A stretch of 64,000 bases of DNA from Bugula neritina (taxonomy: Eukaryota; Animalia; Bryozoa), in assembly GCA_964035545.1 (NCBI GenBank), contig OZ037767.1:23018628-23082627 (forward strand), read 5' to 3'. Positions 50,901 to 64,000 of the stretch are shown here, piece after piece (the first letter of the stretch is position 1; each line of letters opens with the position of its first letter). Below the pieces are notes generated by a model that ran no database searches, was not told the DNA's origin, and saw only the letters and a list, made by a program, of their open reading frames with translations. Made by a program: the position numbers and the translations under genes.

Positions 50901-53900
50901 AGCAGAAAATAAGTCTATAAATAGTCAATTTAGGTCTATCTTCCTGGCAAAATGCATGCAACCAAACATTTCTAATGTAAACCTCTTAACTACATTCATA
51001 CATATTGGATTTATAAAAAACAAGCAACGCTCACACAGATACTAATTGAAAGCAGAGGTTATAGTAGAAGTTTAATGGCAGAATATATGTCTCATTGAAC
51101 ATATAGCTATATTATAAGTAGCTTTATTATGCAAACTTGTATATGTATATAACACCAGTTTTAATAATCATTACTTGATGTTTATATTTTTGTCATGCTG
51201 TAGAAGTGAATATCAACGGAGACCAAGATGGTGGAGGACACATCATTGTGGTTCCCTCAATTCAGCCAGACACCTCCTATCCAGACACTACAATAGCTGA
51301 GCTTGTTGGCCCAGGAGATAGTCAGGGTGAGTCCCTCTTAGCTAGAATGTATTTCATCTGATGAAGACAAACGCTGATCACCCTCTAAACTCATATTCTA
51401 ATTATGAAGTTGATAGTCGTAATTCTTTTGTACGCATGCATCTGTAGATTGATGAAATGTAGTTGCTGTTTGTTAAAGCAGGTATTAGTTCATAAATAAT
51501 ATTAATTCAATTCATATAACAGGAACTACAACTGCAAGTACTACAACTGTAAATGGTACTCAGTCTAGTACTTCTAACAAGCCAGTTGGGGGTGGTTCTA
51601 CTACTACCCCTAACACTAAGTCCACCCCTGGCTTGCCCAAAACCGAAGGTAACAATCATATAGCTGCACTGACAACCTCACAGGCAATATTTTCTCCAAA
51701 CTGCTCATCAAAATAATGCTTAGCTGTTTATGTTTTATGCACAGTACTTTGAAAATATGCACTTTTATTCGAGTATACAAGTATGTGTTGTGTTCATCCT
51801 CATAAATGGCTAGACATATTTTAGTTACTATTCATCATACATGGGTTTGTAAAGCTGTTGAGAAATTGAAAAAATATACTATCAGCTATTTTTTTACAAA
51901 GACACAAAAACCATGCTAGTACTGGGCAATTTAAAAATATACATACTTGAGTGTTGAAATATGAAATCATAAAAAATAGCCAGAATCAAATATATATTTT
52001 TGTCAATACTAATATGGCAATTATTATATTTTTAAAGAGCCGATTGATAAGAAAGGTAATATGGGAAATAATTTATGTTGTTAAATGCTTTTAATTTTCT
52101 AGTCAGTTTTATTTTTCCTGTCTTCATAGGGCTTTGTTTCAGCATAAGTAACAGCTATTATAGATAATTTCTATTACAATATTAACATAGAAAACTAATT
52201 CTTCATAATTGCTATCTCATAATGTGTGTAACAAGTTAGATGTGATATTATGTTGGAAAAGCCTGTTACATGCATTTATTTACAGGGGCCACGCCTTTTC
52301 ACATTATTGAGTAATGCTTTACATGCTTTCAAGTCCTTATATATATATAATATATACAAACATTTTCTTTACCATAAAGTGTTGACTCATTTCAAATTAA
52401 CTTAAACTCATTGCTTCAAGTCCCATTGTATATTATGTTGTTGATGTCATATGATGCTTTGCTTATAATAGCATAATGTAATGTATGCATTTACTCTATG
52501 CTTTTATTTCTGCAATGCAAAATTACTTGATCAATGTATATAACATAAACTGCCCATAGTTTTTCAATCTGAGCAAATCTAATTTAATAACAGTAGTTAC
52601 AGTTTTCCCAGAATTTATTCTTTACTGACGAGTGTCATGTAATAACATAATGTAACTTGTTTGTATTGTATCAACAGATTCCATACATTCATAAATTGGC
52701 AGCTTTTGACAAGACATTTACAGGCAAGTGTTTGTCAGTCTACCTGTCACTTTACTTCATATTGGTGTTATGTGTCATATTACAGCATGTGATTCCGGTA
52801 CTTTCGGAGATGATTGCCAGTATACTTGTGATAACTGTCTTCATGGCTCCAAGTGTAACAAGTTCTCAAGGGGCTGTCTATGCACTCCTGGCTGGACAGG
52901 AGATATCTGTGAACTCCCCTGTGCACAGGTAGCCTTTGGTCATACAAACTAGTGTGAGGTCAATATTAAGAATAGTTGATTGAGATAGGTATGCCATGTA
53001 GCCTTTGTGTCATTGGTTATAGCGTGATATTTGTTATGGTGTTTTTATTTCTTAAATAAAGTAACTACAACCCTGAACTAACCTTTAAACAACAAATAGA
53101 AACTTGAGTGAGAAAATTTTGTATCTGCAGTCAAGTGGCTTTAAAAGCCTTGTAAATATGCTTTTTGTTTAGACTGCACTTATGTAGAGTTCATTTAAAA
53201 AGCTTTCAAAGTCAAGTTTGACTCTGAATTTCAGGGTGTTTGAGATTGCAGAATGCAGGTTGTCACTTGAGAAGGTATAGATAAGTTCTTTAAGAAACAA
53301 TGATGTGATACACACATTATCCTGGCCAACAGTTCTGGTTTTACAAAAATTTGTTTTATTGTTGACAAATCCATATGCTAACTCTAATATACATTAAAAA
53401 ACAATCTTTCTTGCTATAATTTTTTTATTTGTAAGTTAATGTTTTCTGTATTTCAGAACTTTTTTGGAGAGGGTTGCAATGAAATATGTAGCTGTCAGAA
53501 TGGGGGCAGTTGCCACCACATAACAGGTGACTGCATATGCCCTCCTGGAGTAAAAGGACTGCGGTGTGAGGACGGATGTCCTGCTGGATATTTCGGTACT
53601 CGGTGTGACAGGCTATGTGAGACTGCTTGTTCCACAGGTTTCTGTGACAGAACATTTGGGTTCTGTCAATGTCAGCCTGGGTTTTTTGGCAGCGCTTGTG
53701 ATAAGCCTTGCCCATCAAACACATGGGGACTAAACTGTAGAGAGAGGTGAGTTGTACCAGATGTAAATATCTTGAGTAAGTTTATGCTTATATTTAAAAT
53801 TCTTTTCAAGTAAAACAGAACATTTTTAGATTAATGAAGTTTACTTAACTTTTAGACACGTTAATTGTTCATAGACAATACATTCTGTTAAAAAAGTTAT

Positions 53901-56900
53901 TTTCTGAACAACTTTCTAATTAACATTTGAAACTGAACATCTATGTTAATATTTAACACAATGTATTATTCAATTTTAATGTAACCATGTCTACGTCAGC
54001 ATTGCATTTAGTTCTATGACTAGTTTGTTTTCTGATAGAAATGGGTTAGCATATCTATCTCTTTCAGGTGCAACTGTGTGGAGAGCTACACTGTGGGCTG
54101 CAATGCGACCACAGGCACCTGTCTCTGCAAGGCAGGCTTACAGGGAGCCTTCTGCAACGAGCCCTGTGAAAAAGGCACCTGGGGGGTATCCTGCCTGAAC
54201 ACTTGCTCCTGTGGTGAAGGCATGACATGTGACACTGTGAATGGACAGTGTCACAAAGACTGTCCCGCAGGCTGGACTGCTGAGAAGTGTGACCAACGTA
54301 AGCTTACTGGTTTAGTAAGAGCATTGATAATTATGTAATAGAGCAATTTTATTACTGAAAGCATCAGTCTAAAGTATGTAACTCTTCTGCAAAACTTGCT
54401 TCTTAGCTGCTTCTTTACACAGAACTTTCAAATTGTCAACTGAAACTTACAAAGAATTGATATGTTGGTACACCATTGTGTTTTTAAATTTCTTTTATAT
54501 TTTGCATATCCATTGAGGTGTATTTCGAACTGCCCAATTGAGTTAAAATTTTATTACGAATACAATTTTAAAATGCTTATTGAAACCAACACTGTATTCT
54601 GCCCCAAACCCCCAAGTCATCCTCTAAGTGTTGGAGTGTAAGATGTGCTTAACACTGAGGTTTCAATTTGTAATATATGTATTTGTTAATTGTACAGTTA
54701 GGATTACTTTGTTACTGTGAAAATTATTTGATTTATACGTTAAAAATACAGTTGTTTTTATAATAAACTATTTGACCAAGAAGAACCAAGCATAGGTACA
54801 GCCAATCATAGTTGAAACAGAACGTATTGCCAATGCCACACCTGATTAGTTTAAGATCTTACTGGATTTGTGGCAATCGTTCAGTTGATTCAAAATATCA
54901 GCAATCAATTTCAATTGTTTTTATTGTTCCTCATTCTATTAATGTTACCAGCATTGCAAAAATTTTGGAAGCGGAAATGAAAGGTAAGGAAAGAAAGAAT
55001 GGCACATTAGTTTTATTGATAACATAGTTTGGCACTTGGGAGATTAAATGATGCTTTTTTCAAACTTGATGGTTAGCATTAGATGTTACCCATCAGAGAA
55101 CCGATCATGAAAAATAATTACCATACCTCAAACAATTTTATTATTATGAATAGATTATGATTATTAGATTATACTGTTAATAACAGCTCCTAGTGCTACT
55201 AGTCAGTTGATAGCAGTGAATGTTTCTGAAACCAACTTGAAATGTTTGCAGTACGTTAATACATTTTATTTTACATGAAGTCTACCGAGGTACCTTGACA
55301 CCAAGGTGTTACATTAATTGGTTGTGGTATATCATCATGTAGTAACCTAGTAGACGTAATAAGTTTTTGCCCTAACTTGACCCTGATTACTACAGACTTA
55401 TTTATACTTTATGTTGTGATGTTTGAGTTAAGGTTTTTCAGATCAATATTTAACTCAATTCCATAAATTTTCCAAATTTTTATTTCTAATTTATCAGTGA
55501 TCTAACCGTTTGTTGTTTTAAGCATATTTTTGTATTATAGTTTGTATTTTCAATTTACTTATTAAAATATTAATTATGTAAAACATTTTTTCTTGTTAGC
55601 ATGTTACCTAGAATTTGCTTCAAAAGTTAGCTAATTGCTTGTCAACCAGAACTATCATAAAAACCTATATTTTTATTTATGTAATTAGTTGTTATCGCAC
55701 AACTTCTTGAAAGTTGTTTACATTGATATTATATAGAATATTGATAATAGAGATGAACTACAGTGCTATATATTTCAGCCTAAAATATTAGATATAGTTA
55801 AAGTGAGCTGATCCCACAAATAGAATCAGCTGCTGAAGTTTAAGTTGTTATTTAACGTTGACATATTTTGTATTGGCAGCGTGTCCTAGTGGAACATATG
55901 GCAAGGGCTGTGAGAAGAAATGTGTGTGTAACAACAGCCCATGTGACCCTGAAACTGGATTGTGTATGTGTATGGCAGGGCGGACGGGAGACCAATGTGC
56001 AGACAGTAGGTTATTACTAGCTGACTTTCCCAGCTTTCACTTGTAGACTGCTGAGTTCCACTTGTACTGTTAAACTTTAATATTATAGTATAGGTGTGTG
56101 TAGGTATATGTATATATACACGCGCACACACACACACGCACACACACACGCACATGCACACACACTCACAGACACACACAGACACACTCACACACTTTGG
56201 CATAGAAAAAAATATTTGAAGTGAATTTCAAACGCTAGTTTGGTTTTGTGAAAGGCTTTTGCTGTTATTTTCACAAAGTTATGTTAGGTAAAAGTGGTGC
56301 TGACATATATTCAATTTTATGACAGGTTGTGCTGACAATCGCTATGGGGTAGACTGCTCAGAGATCTGTAGCTGTCAGAATGGAGCTCTGTGTGATGATG
56401 TATCTGGGGAATGTCTCTGCACTCCTGGCTGGTTTGGTACCAACTGCTCTAAGCCTTGTCCTCCTTCTAGGTAGGTTCTAATTTCTACTCCTGGTTGTTT
56501 GGTACCAGCTACTCTAAGCTTAGTCCTTCTGTTAAAACTTGTATTTTTTATTCCTTTTGGTTGATTATCAATTTCTCAAAGCCTTGTTTTCTCCTTACTC
56601 TTTACACTCCAATGATTTGCCCCTCATTATAAACCTGGGCTGCTGTTTTTGTTCTGCAAACATGTTTGATAGCTTTACTGTTTGTCTTTAGATTTGGCAA
56701 AATGTGTTTGAATCAGTGCTTGTGTGAAAACGGAGCAACATGTGACCCTAAGGATGGCACTTGTCAGTGCAGTGCCGGGTGAGTCATGTCTTGTACTAAG
56801 CTAATCTTTTTGATCAAATAATCGTATGTTTAGTTTTTAAAACAACTATAGTGCTTCACCCGTGTCTCACTAAGCTTTGTGAGCTGAAACCTCAATTCCT

Positions 56901-59900
56901 GATTTAGTAAAATACCAGATTTAACTCATGGATCTGTTAAATTCAGCCATTCTGTCTTTATACACACAAGCCACAAAATGAGGGTACAAACCTTTCTTGT
57001 GGAATTTTATGAGAAATGGAACTGTGAGATATGGAGGGAGCACTGTATTATAAACAAACTTCTAGAAAATTTCACGTGACAATATTTTCATTCTACTTTT
57101 GTTTAATTTCCAAAAAAAAGAATTTAAACCAGATTTTTTTACAATTGATTCTTTCTAGCTTTATTAGGTTGTATATCATCTTTGCTATGAACAACTTTAG
57201 ATATGCTGGAGCTAAATGCTCTTTGAAGTGTGCTCCAGGACTATGGGGAGTCAACTGCAAAAACCAGTGCAGCTGCAAAAATGCAGCCGAATGTAATCCT
57301 GTCAACGGTGAATGTGTGTGCGCCTCTGGCTGGCGAGGAGAGTTCTGTAACCAGAGTGAGTTACTAGTAGAGTACTGTAACCAGAGTGAGTTACTAGTAG
57401 AGTACTGTAACCAGAGTGAGTTACTAGTAGAGTACTGTAACCAGAGTGAGTTACTAGTAGAGTACTGTAATCAGAGTGAGTTACTAAAAGAGTACTGTAA
57501 CCAGAGTGAGTTACTAGTAGAGTACTGTAACCAGAGTGAGTTACTAGTAGAGTACTGTAACCAGAGTGAGTTACTAGTAGGGTACTGTAACTAGAGTGAG
57601 TTACTATTAGAATACTGTAACCAGAGTGAGTTACTAGTAGAGTACTGTAACCAGAGTGAGTTACTTGTAAAATGATGTAACAAAATTAAACTTTTTGCAA
57701 AATACAATAAGCAAAGAAAGTTAATAGTGTAAATGATTATTATTGCACAATATCTGATTTGTTTGTAGAATGCAGTCCAGGATTTTATGGTCCGGGTTGT
57801 GAGAGCAAGTGTGAATGTCTAAATGGAGCAGCCTGTGACCATGTGAGTGGTGCTTGCACTTGTTCTGATGGGTGGAGGGGTCTAATTTGTGATAAGCCAT
57901 GTCCAAGTGGTTTCTATGGAAAAGATTGTACTGGCCGTTGTTTATGTGGTAAGTGACTTGTTTAGGAGAAGTTTATTTGTGATAGACAAGTATTATGCTT
58001 TCACTCCCAACTATTGGGAATCTTAATTAATTTTATGGTGTAAACAATATACCATTATAATATAAGATACACCGTTTTACCAGTATAGCTCTCACATAAT
58101 ACAATGGTTCTAAATTAGCTCTTATATAATATTTTTATATCACATGTACATCATTAATAATAAGTTCCCACATAATATTCCTACATTACGTTTATAACTG
58201 TAAATTTTGTTTCATAATTATTAGATGTCCTTTGTTTTTTCATGCTGATAGATCATATACGCTCTTACTAAAGTTCTTGCATACATATACCCATGATTGC
58301 TTTATTTAATAATTATTGGCTTTACATTTAAAGACTATAAAAGAGAACAAGATTTGATTTTTGTTCTAATTGTTGAACTATATTGCAGTTTACACATATT
58401 TAATTTCAATTTTGTCTGTTTAACAAGTGTAAACTTTTTGTAGATCTAGATTTTTTAATAAATAGCTCAACTGTTTTCAATGGTTAGTATTGAAAATGTT
58501 GTGTTCAGTTTGTAGAACTTTCTGATTCATTTCATTATTTTATTTTGAAATTATTATGTAGCATAAATTTGATGTTGATTTGTTACAATTGAATTATTTT
58601 TAAAAGCTAAACCTAATTAATTCTAAATTTGTGATTCATTAGGCTCACTATGTCTTTACGACAGGCTTTAAGTTTAACTCATTGCTCAAACCACCAACTA
58701 TAATTTTAGCATGTTTCTTTAGAGCAGTTTACTGTTTTTAATCATATAACCCTCGATTTAAATTTGATAAGAAAAGACATACCTGTATGTAATATGTGAT
58801 AGTAATTGACATATTAAAACAATAATGAACACATATTTTAATATTTTTACTGTGTAGACTCTTAGTATAATCGCATATATAAGTTATTCTAGAGAACATT
58901 AGAAACTGTGGTAATACTTATAATAAACACCAAAACGTGTCAGTCATATCTTAAGCTCAGTAGCTTGTTTTGGCCCTACCAGAACAATATCCTATGGTGA
59001 CCTATATCATATTATTTCTGAAAAGATTTCATTTCTCTATTTAGCTGTGATCCTAGAAAATTAACTTCAGTAGTTCCAGCCATTTAATCTTCTGTAATTT
59101 GTTGTATTTTTCACTACAATGCAGCTTCTGCTGCTAGAACTTATATCATGTTACAGGTTTTTAAAGTTATGCTGTCACTCTGAGCCTACAAAATTGGAGA
59201 TTTCTTCTAACTTGTGCATTGAACTTATACATTATTCATTTAGGAAGACTTTGTCAAACTACAAGTATAAACACAGTTGACTCTGTATGTATGCAGGTAA
59301 TGGTGCTAGATGTGACCCTGTGAGTGGAGAGTGTGCATGCACTGCTGGCTGGTCTGGTGCAGGCTGTCTCATACCATGTCCTACTGGTACATATGGACCT
59401 AGTTGTAACTCTACCTGTCAATGTGCTAATGATGCTACATGTGACTCACAATGGGGCACTTGTTTCTGTTTGTCGGGCTGGAAAGGTGTTCACTGTGAAG
59501 ATCCATGCTCGGAAGGGTAGGTGTTGTTGGTAACAGGATCATGGGTACTGGGTGACTGCTATTCACAACATGTTGTCATTGTATTAACATCGTAAAGGAA
59601 TATGTCTGTATTCCTTATGTTTCGATACATGTTCACTTTGTAATTTTTAAATCATTATAGGGCAGGTCGAATAATTCAACTTGTCAACTTTGGTACATAT
59701 TTGGTAGAAAGAGTATAACTTTGAAGAAAATAATATAATTATTATATGCTAAAATGTATAAAATGTGTAAAATCTTAGAATACAAAATTTTCGTAAAAAG
59801 TTTATACAAATCCTGTAGGATGTGAGTTAAGGTTGGCTTATGGTACCATGGAATAGTCAGGCCAGCTCATGTCAATTAATCTATGCATTTTATATGTAGC

Positions 59901-61726
59901 ATTTGTAAGCTATTCCGTTTAAACACATCATCTAACTTTTAAAAATTCGTTACACCTTTTGTCTTCATGGGGAAGCAGATGGTACACTGCAGTTAATATT
60001 TATAATGTTTTGTCAGCTGTGCATTATTTTGAATATTTTCCTTAAAATATAATTAGTTGTAGCCTTACTAATGTCCAAGTATATAATTAAAAATAATTAG
60101 TTACGAGCAATGTTGTTCATTTATGGGCATCATAAAAACATTATTCTTCATAACCAAGTAAGTTTATAATTAAAAAGGTGGTAAGTAGACTATAAGATTT
60201 GTCTCGTAATTTTCCATGCAGGTATTTTGGGCCAAACTGTGCGCAGAAGTGTCAGTGTCTAAATGGAGGCGTGTGTGACTCAGAGACAGGAATATGTGAC
60301 TGCTCTGCTGGGTGGGGTGGGCCACGCTGCGAGATTCCCTGTCCAACTGATATGTGGGGTCCAAACTGTCAATATCACTGCCAGTGTCAAAATGGCTTCT
60401 GTAACAGGTAACTAGGATTTGTTATTAGTGCTTTCAAAAGTATGTGTTTTTAAAAGCTTCTTTTACTGTTGCGGTGTCATATTATTGCTGAATACTAGAA
60501 GCTTCTTTTTAGAGTGCTTGAAACAGGTTTTACAAGTTAATAATGTTTTAAAGAATATTTTTGGTAAAAACGCTATTTTCTTTTGCAAAATTGTGACCAA
60601 ACAAATAATAATATTTTCCAAAGAGTGTGGCCATTGAAGTTGGTTACTTCAGCCTTAATTCAAGTGTAAATCCTAAAAGCTTTGTTTTCTTTTTATTTTC
60701 AGTGTATTAACGTAATATGTCTTGCTTTTGCTGATGTCCGTGTGTATTCTAGGTTACTAACCTATACATTCGTCGTAGTAATATATTTCTTTTATGTTTT
60801 CAGATTTACAGGTGAATGTACGTGTGAGAAAGGTTGGCAGGGTACAGCATGCAGTGAAAAGTGTCTGCCAGGTTATTATGGCAGGGGGTGTCAAAATGAA
60901 TGCACGTGTCAAAATGGAGGCACATGTGATCATATCTTGGGAGAGTGTACATGTAAGCCGGGTTGGAGAGGGAAACGCTGTGATAAGTGTAAGTTTCGAC
61001 TAAGTACCTATTGTATATTTCTTGATACCCATCATTATTTGATATCTAAGATTCTTGCTTTGATTAGCAATTGATTGATTATTTATTTAATACAATCCAA
61101 GCTCAGATGTACACAAAGCGTTATATATGTATACTGGCATGAAAATGTTATGTATATGGATCTAGTTGTTTATAATTTTATATTTTCAGTGCCTATATTT
61201 ATATTTTTACTCAACTTGTAGCTTGCAGGACTGGGTTTTATGGTACAAGGTGCCGTGAAGTGTGTCAATGTGACGAAACACTTCCATGTCATCATGTGAC
61301 AGGTGATTGCTCATGCCCTGTTGGATGGACCGGTAAGCATTATTGTCATTATAATAAGTTTTGTTTGTAACTATTCCATATCAGCAGCTGTTGTTAACTC
61401 CAATGTCTGAAAATATGTCTGTTATTTCGGCATTGCTATTTAAAAGAGGCGCTTGTGCACACATAGAAAAAGTGTCATTCACTGATAAATCATTTTTTAT
61501 GGAAAATACTTTCTTCTTATGCGATGATCTGCATACACAGCTGTCTCTTTAAACTTGTGTTTTATGTATCCAGGGGTGTCTTGCACCGACCCTTGTCCCC
61601 AAGGAACATTTGGCCCTCAGTGCAGAGGGCAATGTGATGGTTGCGACCCAGCCACTCAAGTATGTGATCACGTGACTGGAAGATGTCTCTGTAAACCAGG
61701 GAAACAAGGTCAAGGTTGTGCTCAAG
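32941..61726 (+). CDS. MEGF6: Multiple EGF-like domains protein 6-like, 3' incomplete (continues beyond the window)
   Basis: 26 phase-consistent exons: 32941-33062 (signal peptide), 39146-39283 and 40754-40863 (EMI domain [33 protein letters not shown]), 44570-44674, 44902-45024, 45569-45691, 46887-47012, 47744-47866, 48558-48680, 49794-49931, 50511-50756 (EGF/cbEGF, including [19 protein letters not shown]), 51204-51326, 51523-51648 (linker), 52786-52928, 53457-53746, 54068-54297, 55880-56005, 56326-56470, 56692-56778, 57201-57355, 57769-57948, 59297-59516, 60222-60407, 60804-60988, 61222-61332, 61574-61726 (8-Cys laminin-type EGF repeats). This domain order is the MEGF6 architecture. Confidence 0.88.
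36250..36900 (-). mobile_element. Possible highly decayed LINE reverse-transcriptase remnant
   Basis: Broken minus-strand peptides NILGKLN..YLG..LKEWFR*LSYLT resemble the 'ILLxKLxxYG..LxWFxSYL' segment of non-LTR RTs; no intact ORF. Confidence 0.35.
41494..43264 (+). mobile_element. Tc1-family (DD34E) DNA transposon, full length but inactivated
   Basis: TA on both sides. 27-bp terminal IR CAGTG(A/C)TGTGAAAAAGTTTAAGGACGC with one mismatch. Internal transposase remnants. Confidence 0.93.
41890..42913 (+). pseudogene. Tc1 transposase pseudogene
   Basis: HTH segment [30 protein letters not shown]-x-DES near 42340, [24 protein letters not shown] with 34 residues from the second D to the position of the catalytic E (here R). 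Frameshifts and stops split it into ORFs 41940..42149, 42091..42318 and 42509..42913. Confidence 0.9.
56118..56195. repeat. Imperfect (CA)n microsatellite
   Basis: Visible CA/CG/GA dinucleotide run. Confidence 0.9.
57345..57665 (+). repeat. 30-bp minisatellite CTGTAACCAGAGTGAGTTACTAGTAGAGTA, about 11 copies, spanning an exon/intron boundary
   Basis: Directly visible; the first unit is the end of exon 57201-57355 plus its gtgagt donor. Confidence 0.96.
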
Positions 61727-61861
61727 GTCATTATCTTAGCTATTACATCTTGCTTGTCATATTTATCATATACTCATTGCTGCATATAACCATTTGTTGT
61801 ACTGATGATTACCCTACACAAAGTCGTTAGACAGATATAATGTTGTGATGTGACATGTGTG

Positions 61862-63700
61862 CAGGGATGTAGTGGTACCCATACGGTCCCATACGCCGTA
61901 TGGCCTAGAAGAAAATAGACTGTTCTAGGCCATACGCCCGTATGGGCATAATATTTTCAAAGATGATTGGTGCACAGGATAGTTTGGGCATCCTCACTGA
62001 GAATATTATCATAAATTTCGCTCACAATCTAGTTTAAGTTCTTGCTATGTTAATGCTATGTGGGTGGCATGCGTGTTGCCTACTTGTGATTGTTTAGCCT
62101 GAGATTGCACTATGAATAATAAGCAGCTGCCTGAATTAGAGCTATCAACATTCCATCTTTTCATCTCTACGTGTTCACTGAAGCGCGACGTGCTGTGCAT
62201 TGGTGATTACTAAGGAAAAAATCTTTCATTTTCGATGTATAAAATCACTAACTTGTAGAAAATCTATGAAGGCTATTGAAAAGATTAAAAAAATTTGCCA
62301 TGCATAAATTTCTCAGGTTTCCAACAGTGTTTGTTCTATTCGAATACCATGCTTTCCTGATGAGATATTTGGCAGGGATTGAAAAATAAATTTTTCAGGT
62401 AAAATTGGCCAAAAATGGGTAGATTTTTGTCTATAACTTTGCAAAAAATATTGAAAACTCAAAAAAGCAGGTGCTCTGAGGAACAGGAAAATCTAAAACA
62501 TGGTTTTTAAATTTTAATTCTAGCACAATTAAGTGAGGTTTTATTTGGCTGGACTGAATTCTTAAAATTATTATACCAATAATGTGTCCTCAGCAAGGCA
62601 GTGACAGCTAGAAGATTGCCCTTATCTATCTTGTGTGGACTGCGGACTTGCATTTTTCCAATAAGCAATGGAATTTGGAAAAAACCAAAATGAAATTCAG
62701 AAATAAAATCAAACTGTCTTCAAGAAACAGTACCAGGTGTGTAGGAGAGGCTAATGAAAACTTATCACTGAGGTCTACAGGTACTATATCCACATTTTGG
62801 TCAAAAACCTAGTGTTATTGCATGTCAATTATCAATGCAATAAGGTTTTGCTAACTGTACACCACCATAAGTAACCTTTTATGTTTGATTGTACTAACAT
62901 CAGGCTTTACATTTAATCGTCTTCTAGGTTAACACATATTAAACTTGTCAAATTTGTTCTTTTGGGGTATATTTCCTTAATGTATCTAGTGGAAGCTCAG
63001 GGGTTTTATTTTAAAACCAAGTTAACATACTTTTCTTGGGTGTGCTTTATTGTGTGTAAGGAGGTGTGGCGGTATCACCTTATGGATTAGACTAGTACAC
63101 TCTAATAAACTCCAAATAGGTTTTCAACCAATTTCTGCTTGCCAGTGAGTTATCAATTCAAATTGCTCTTTATAAGTAACCAACACACATTTTCTGATTA
63201 GCAATCTTCCTCTGTTCTGATCTATTATTCTTTTTCTTTGCACGGCAGTGTATTAGTTATTTAAAGTAATCAGGTTGCATTTGGAGAGCACTTGTTACCT
63301 GCCTCTATCCTTCCATCTTTTTGAGATATTCAGCAATTTTTCTGTACAGGTTGGACTTAGTGTCAGAATAAACCTAACTGCAGTTGAGTAAGACTACATT
63401 ACATTACATTACAGTCAACAGGTATGGGACAAGACTGAATATTTATATAGTTTGCAGCAATGCCCAGTCGTCATGTAGCTGGTATGGTATGAAAATAATA
63501 GCGAGGTGCACATTTCAACACAGATTTTTTCAGAAGAATTATAATTCACAATGGCTTTAGATTGCATAAATTTGTATTAGAACCCCTCTGAGGGCTTCGG
63601 CGACCGGGGCGCTGCCCCGGACCCTGCCGGGGGCCTGGGCGGCCCCCTTGACCCCCGGCCTGAGAGTATGGCCTAGAATATTTTTGCCACTACATCCCTG
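61862..63700. mobile_element. Non-autonomous hAT-type DNA transposon (1,839 bp)
   Basis: Perfect 14-bp TIRs CAGGGATGTAGTGG / CCACTACATCCCTG, perfect 8-bp TSD CATGTGTG (61854-61861 and 63701-63708), subterminal CCATACG/GTATGGCCTAGAA repeats, GC-rich subterminal block 63580-63660, no transposase ORF. Confidence 0.9.
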
Positions 63701-64000
63701 CATGTGTGAATGTTTCTATTATGGTAGTTGTCTCCCTAATCAGCTTTCTTACATAGGCAGTGCAGCCTGGGATAGGTCACATGATCAGCAAGTGTTGAAA
63801 AGTTTTCAGGCAGTGATCATATGCATGCATTGCACTTGATACTTTACTGGCTTAAGACTTCTTTTATTTGTGGTTGCTTTAAGCTTAACTTAAAAATTAA
63901 AAACATTTTAATTAAGTTTTACTTTATAATGTTCTACTGAACTATGTTTTACTAGGATACAGTTCAATGCACTGTAATGACTTATTATCGCTTGGAGTTC

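Noticed and set aside
55886-56203. Minus-strand ORF with CVCVCV repeats
   Set aside because: Translation of the (CA)n microsatellite
39146-61726. Assignment as MEGF10/11/Draper, fibrillin or Notch
   Set aside because: EMI followed by a cbEGF block and then laminin-type EGFs, plus the CYxxxxExVxSC signature, fits MEGF6; MEGF10/11 lack the cbEGF block
63648-63839. ORF with CMCECFYYGSC as the next MEGF6 exon
   Set aside because: Straddles the hAT right end, lacks the laminin-EGF Cys spacing and has no convincing in-phase acceptor

Overview
AT-rich, intron-dense animal genomic DNA, probably from an invertebrate; the species cannot be fixed from sequence alone. It holds two head-to-head genes. 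(1) A complete REV3L (DNA polymerase zeta catalytic subunit) on the minus strand, CDS 28707->469, about 39 coding exons traced by hand with consistent phases, about 4,440 aa. It includes one 7,014-nt phase-0/0 exon (14173-21186) encoding about 2,340 aa of low-complexity sequence. (2) The 5' part of a MEGF6-like gene on the plus strand (ATG 32941): signal peptide, EMI domain, EGF/cbEGF array, Ser/Thr stalk and laminin-type EGF array, running off the right edge. Introns contain a decayed Tc1 (DD34E) transposon, a young non-autonomous hAT element with a perfect 8-bp TSD, two copies of a tRNA-derived SINE, degenerate retroelement remnants and several minisatellites. The most interesting signal is the REV3L giant exon. 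It is bracketed by a canonical Taspase1 site (QLD/GAEDD) and a second, splice-junction-made Taspase-like site (Q|TD/GATD), and it carries clustered CtBP-type PxDLS motifs and other chromatin-type short motifs, suggesting a skippable and possibly releasable regulatory module inside a translesion polymerase (hypothesis). Other highlights are an 11-copy in-frame array of 5' splice sites in the MEGF6-like gene and an overlapping out-of-frame uORF at the REV3L start.
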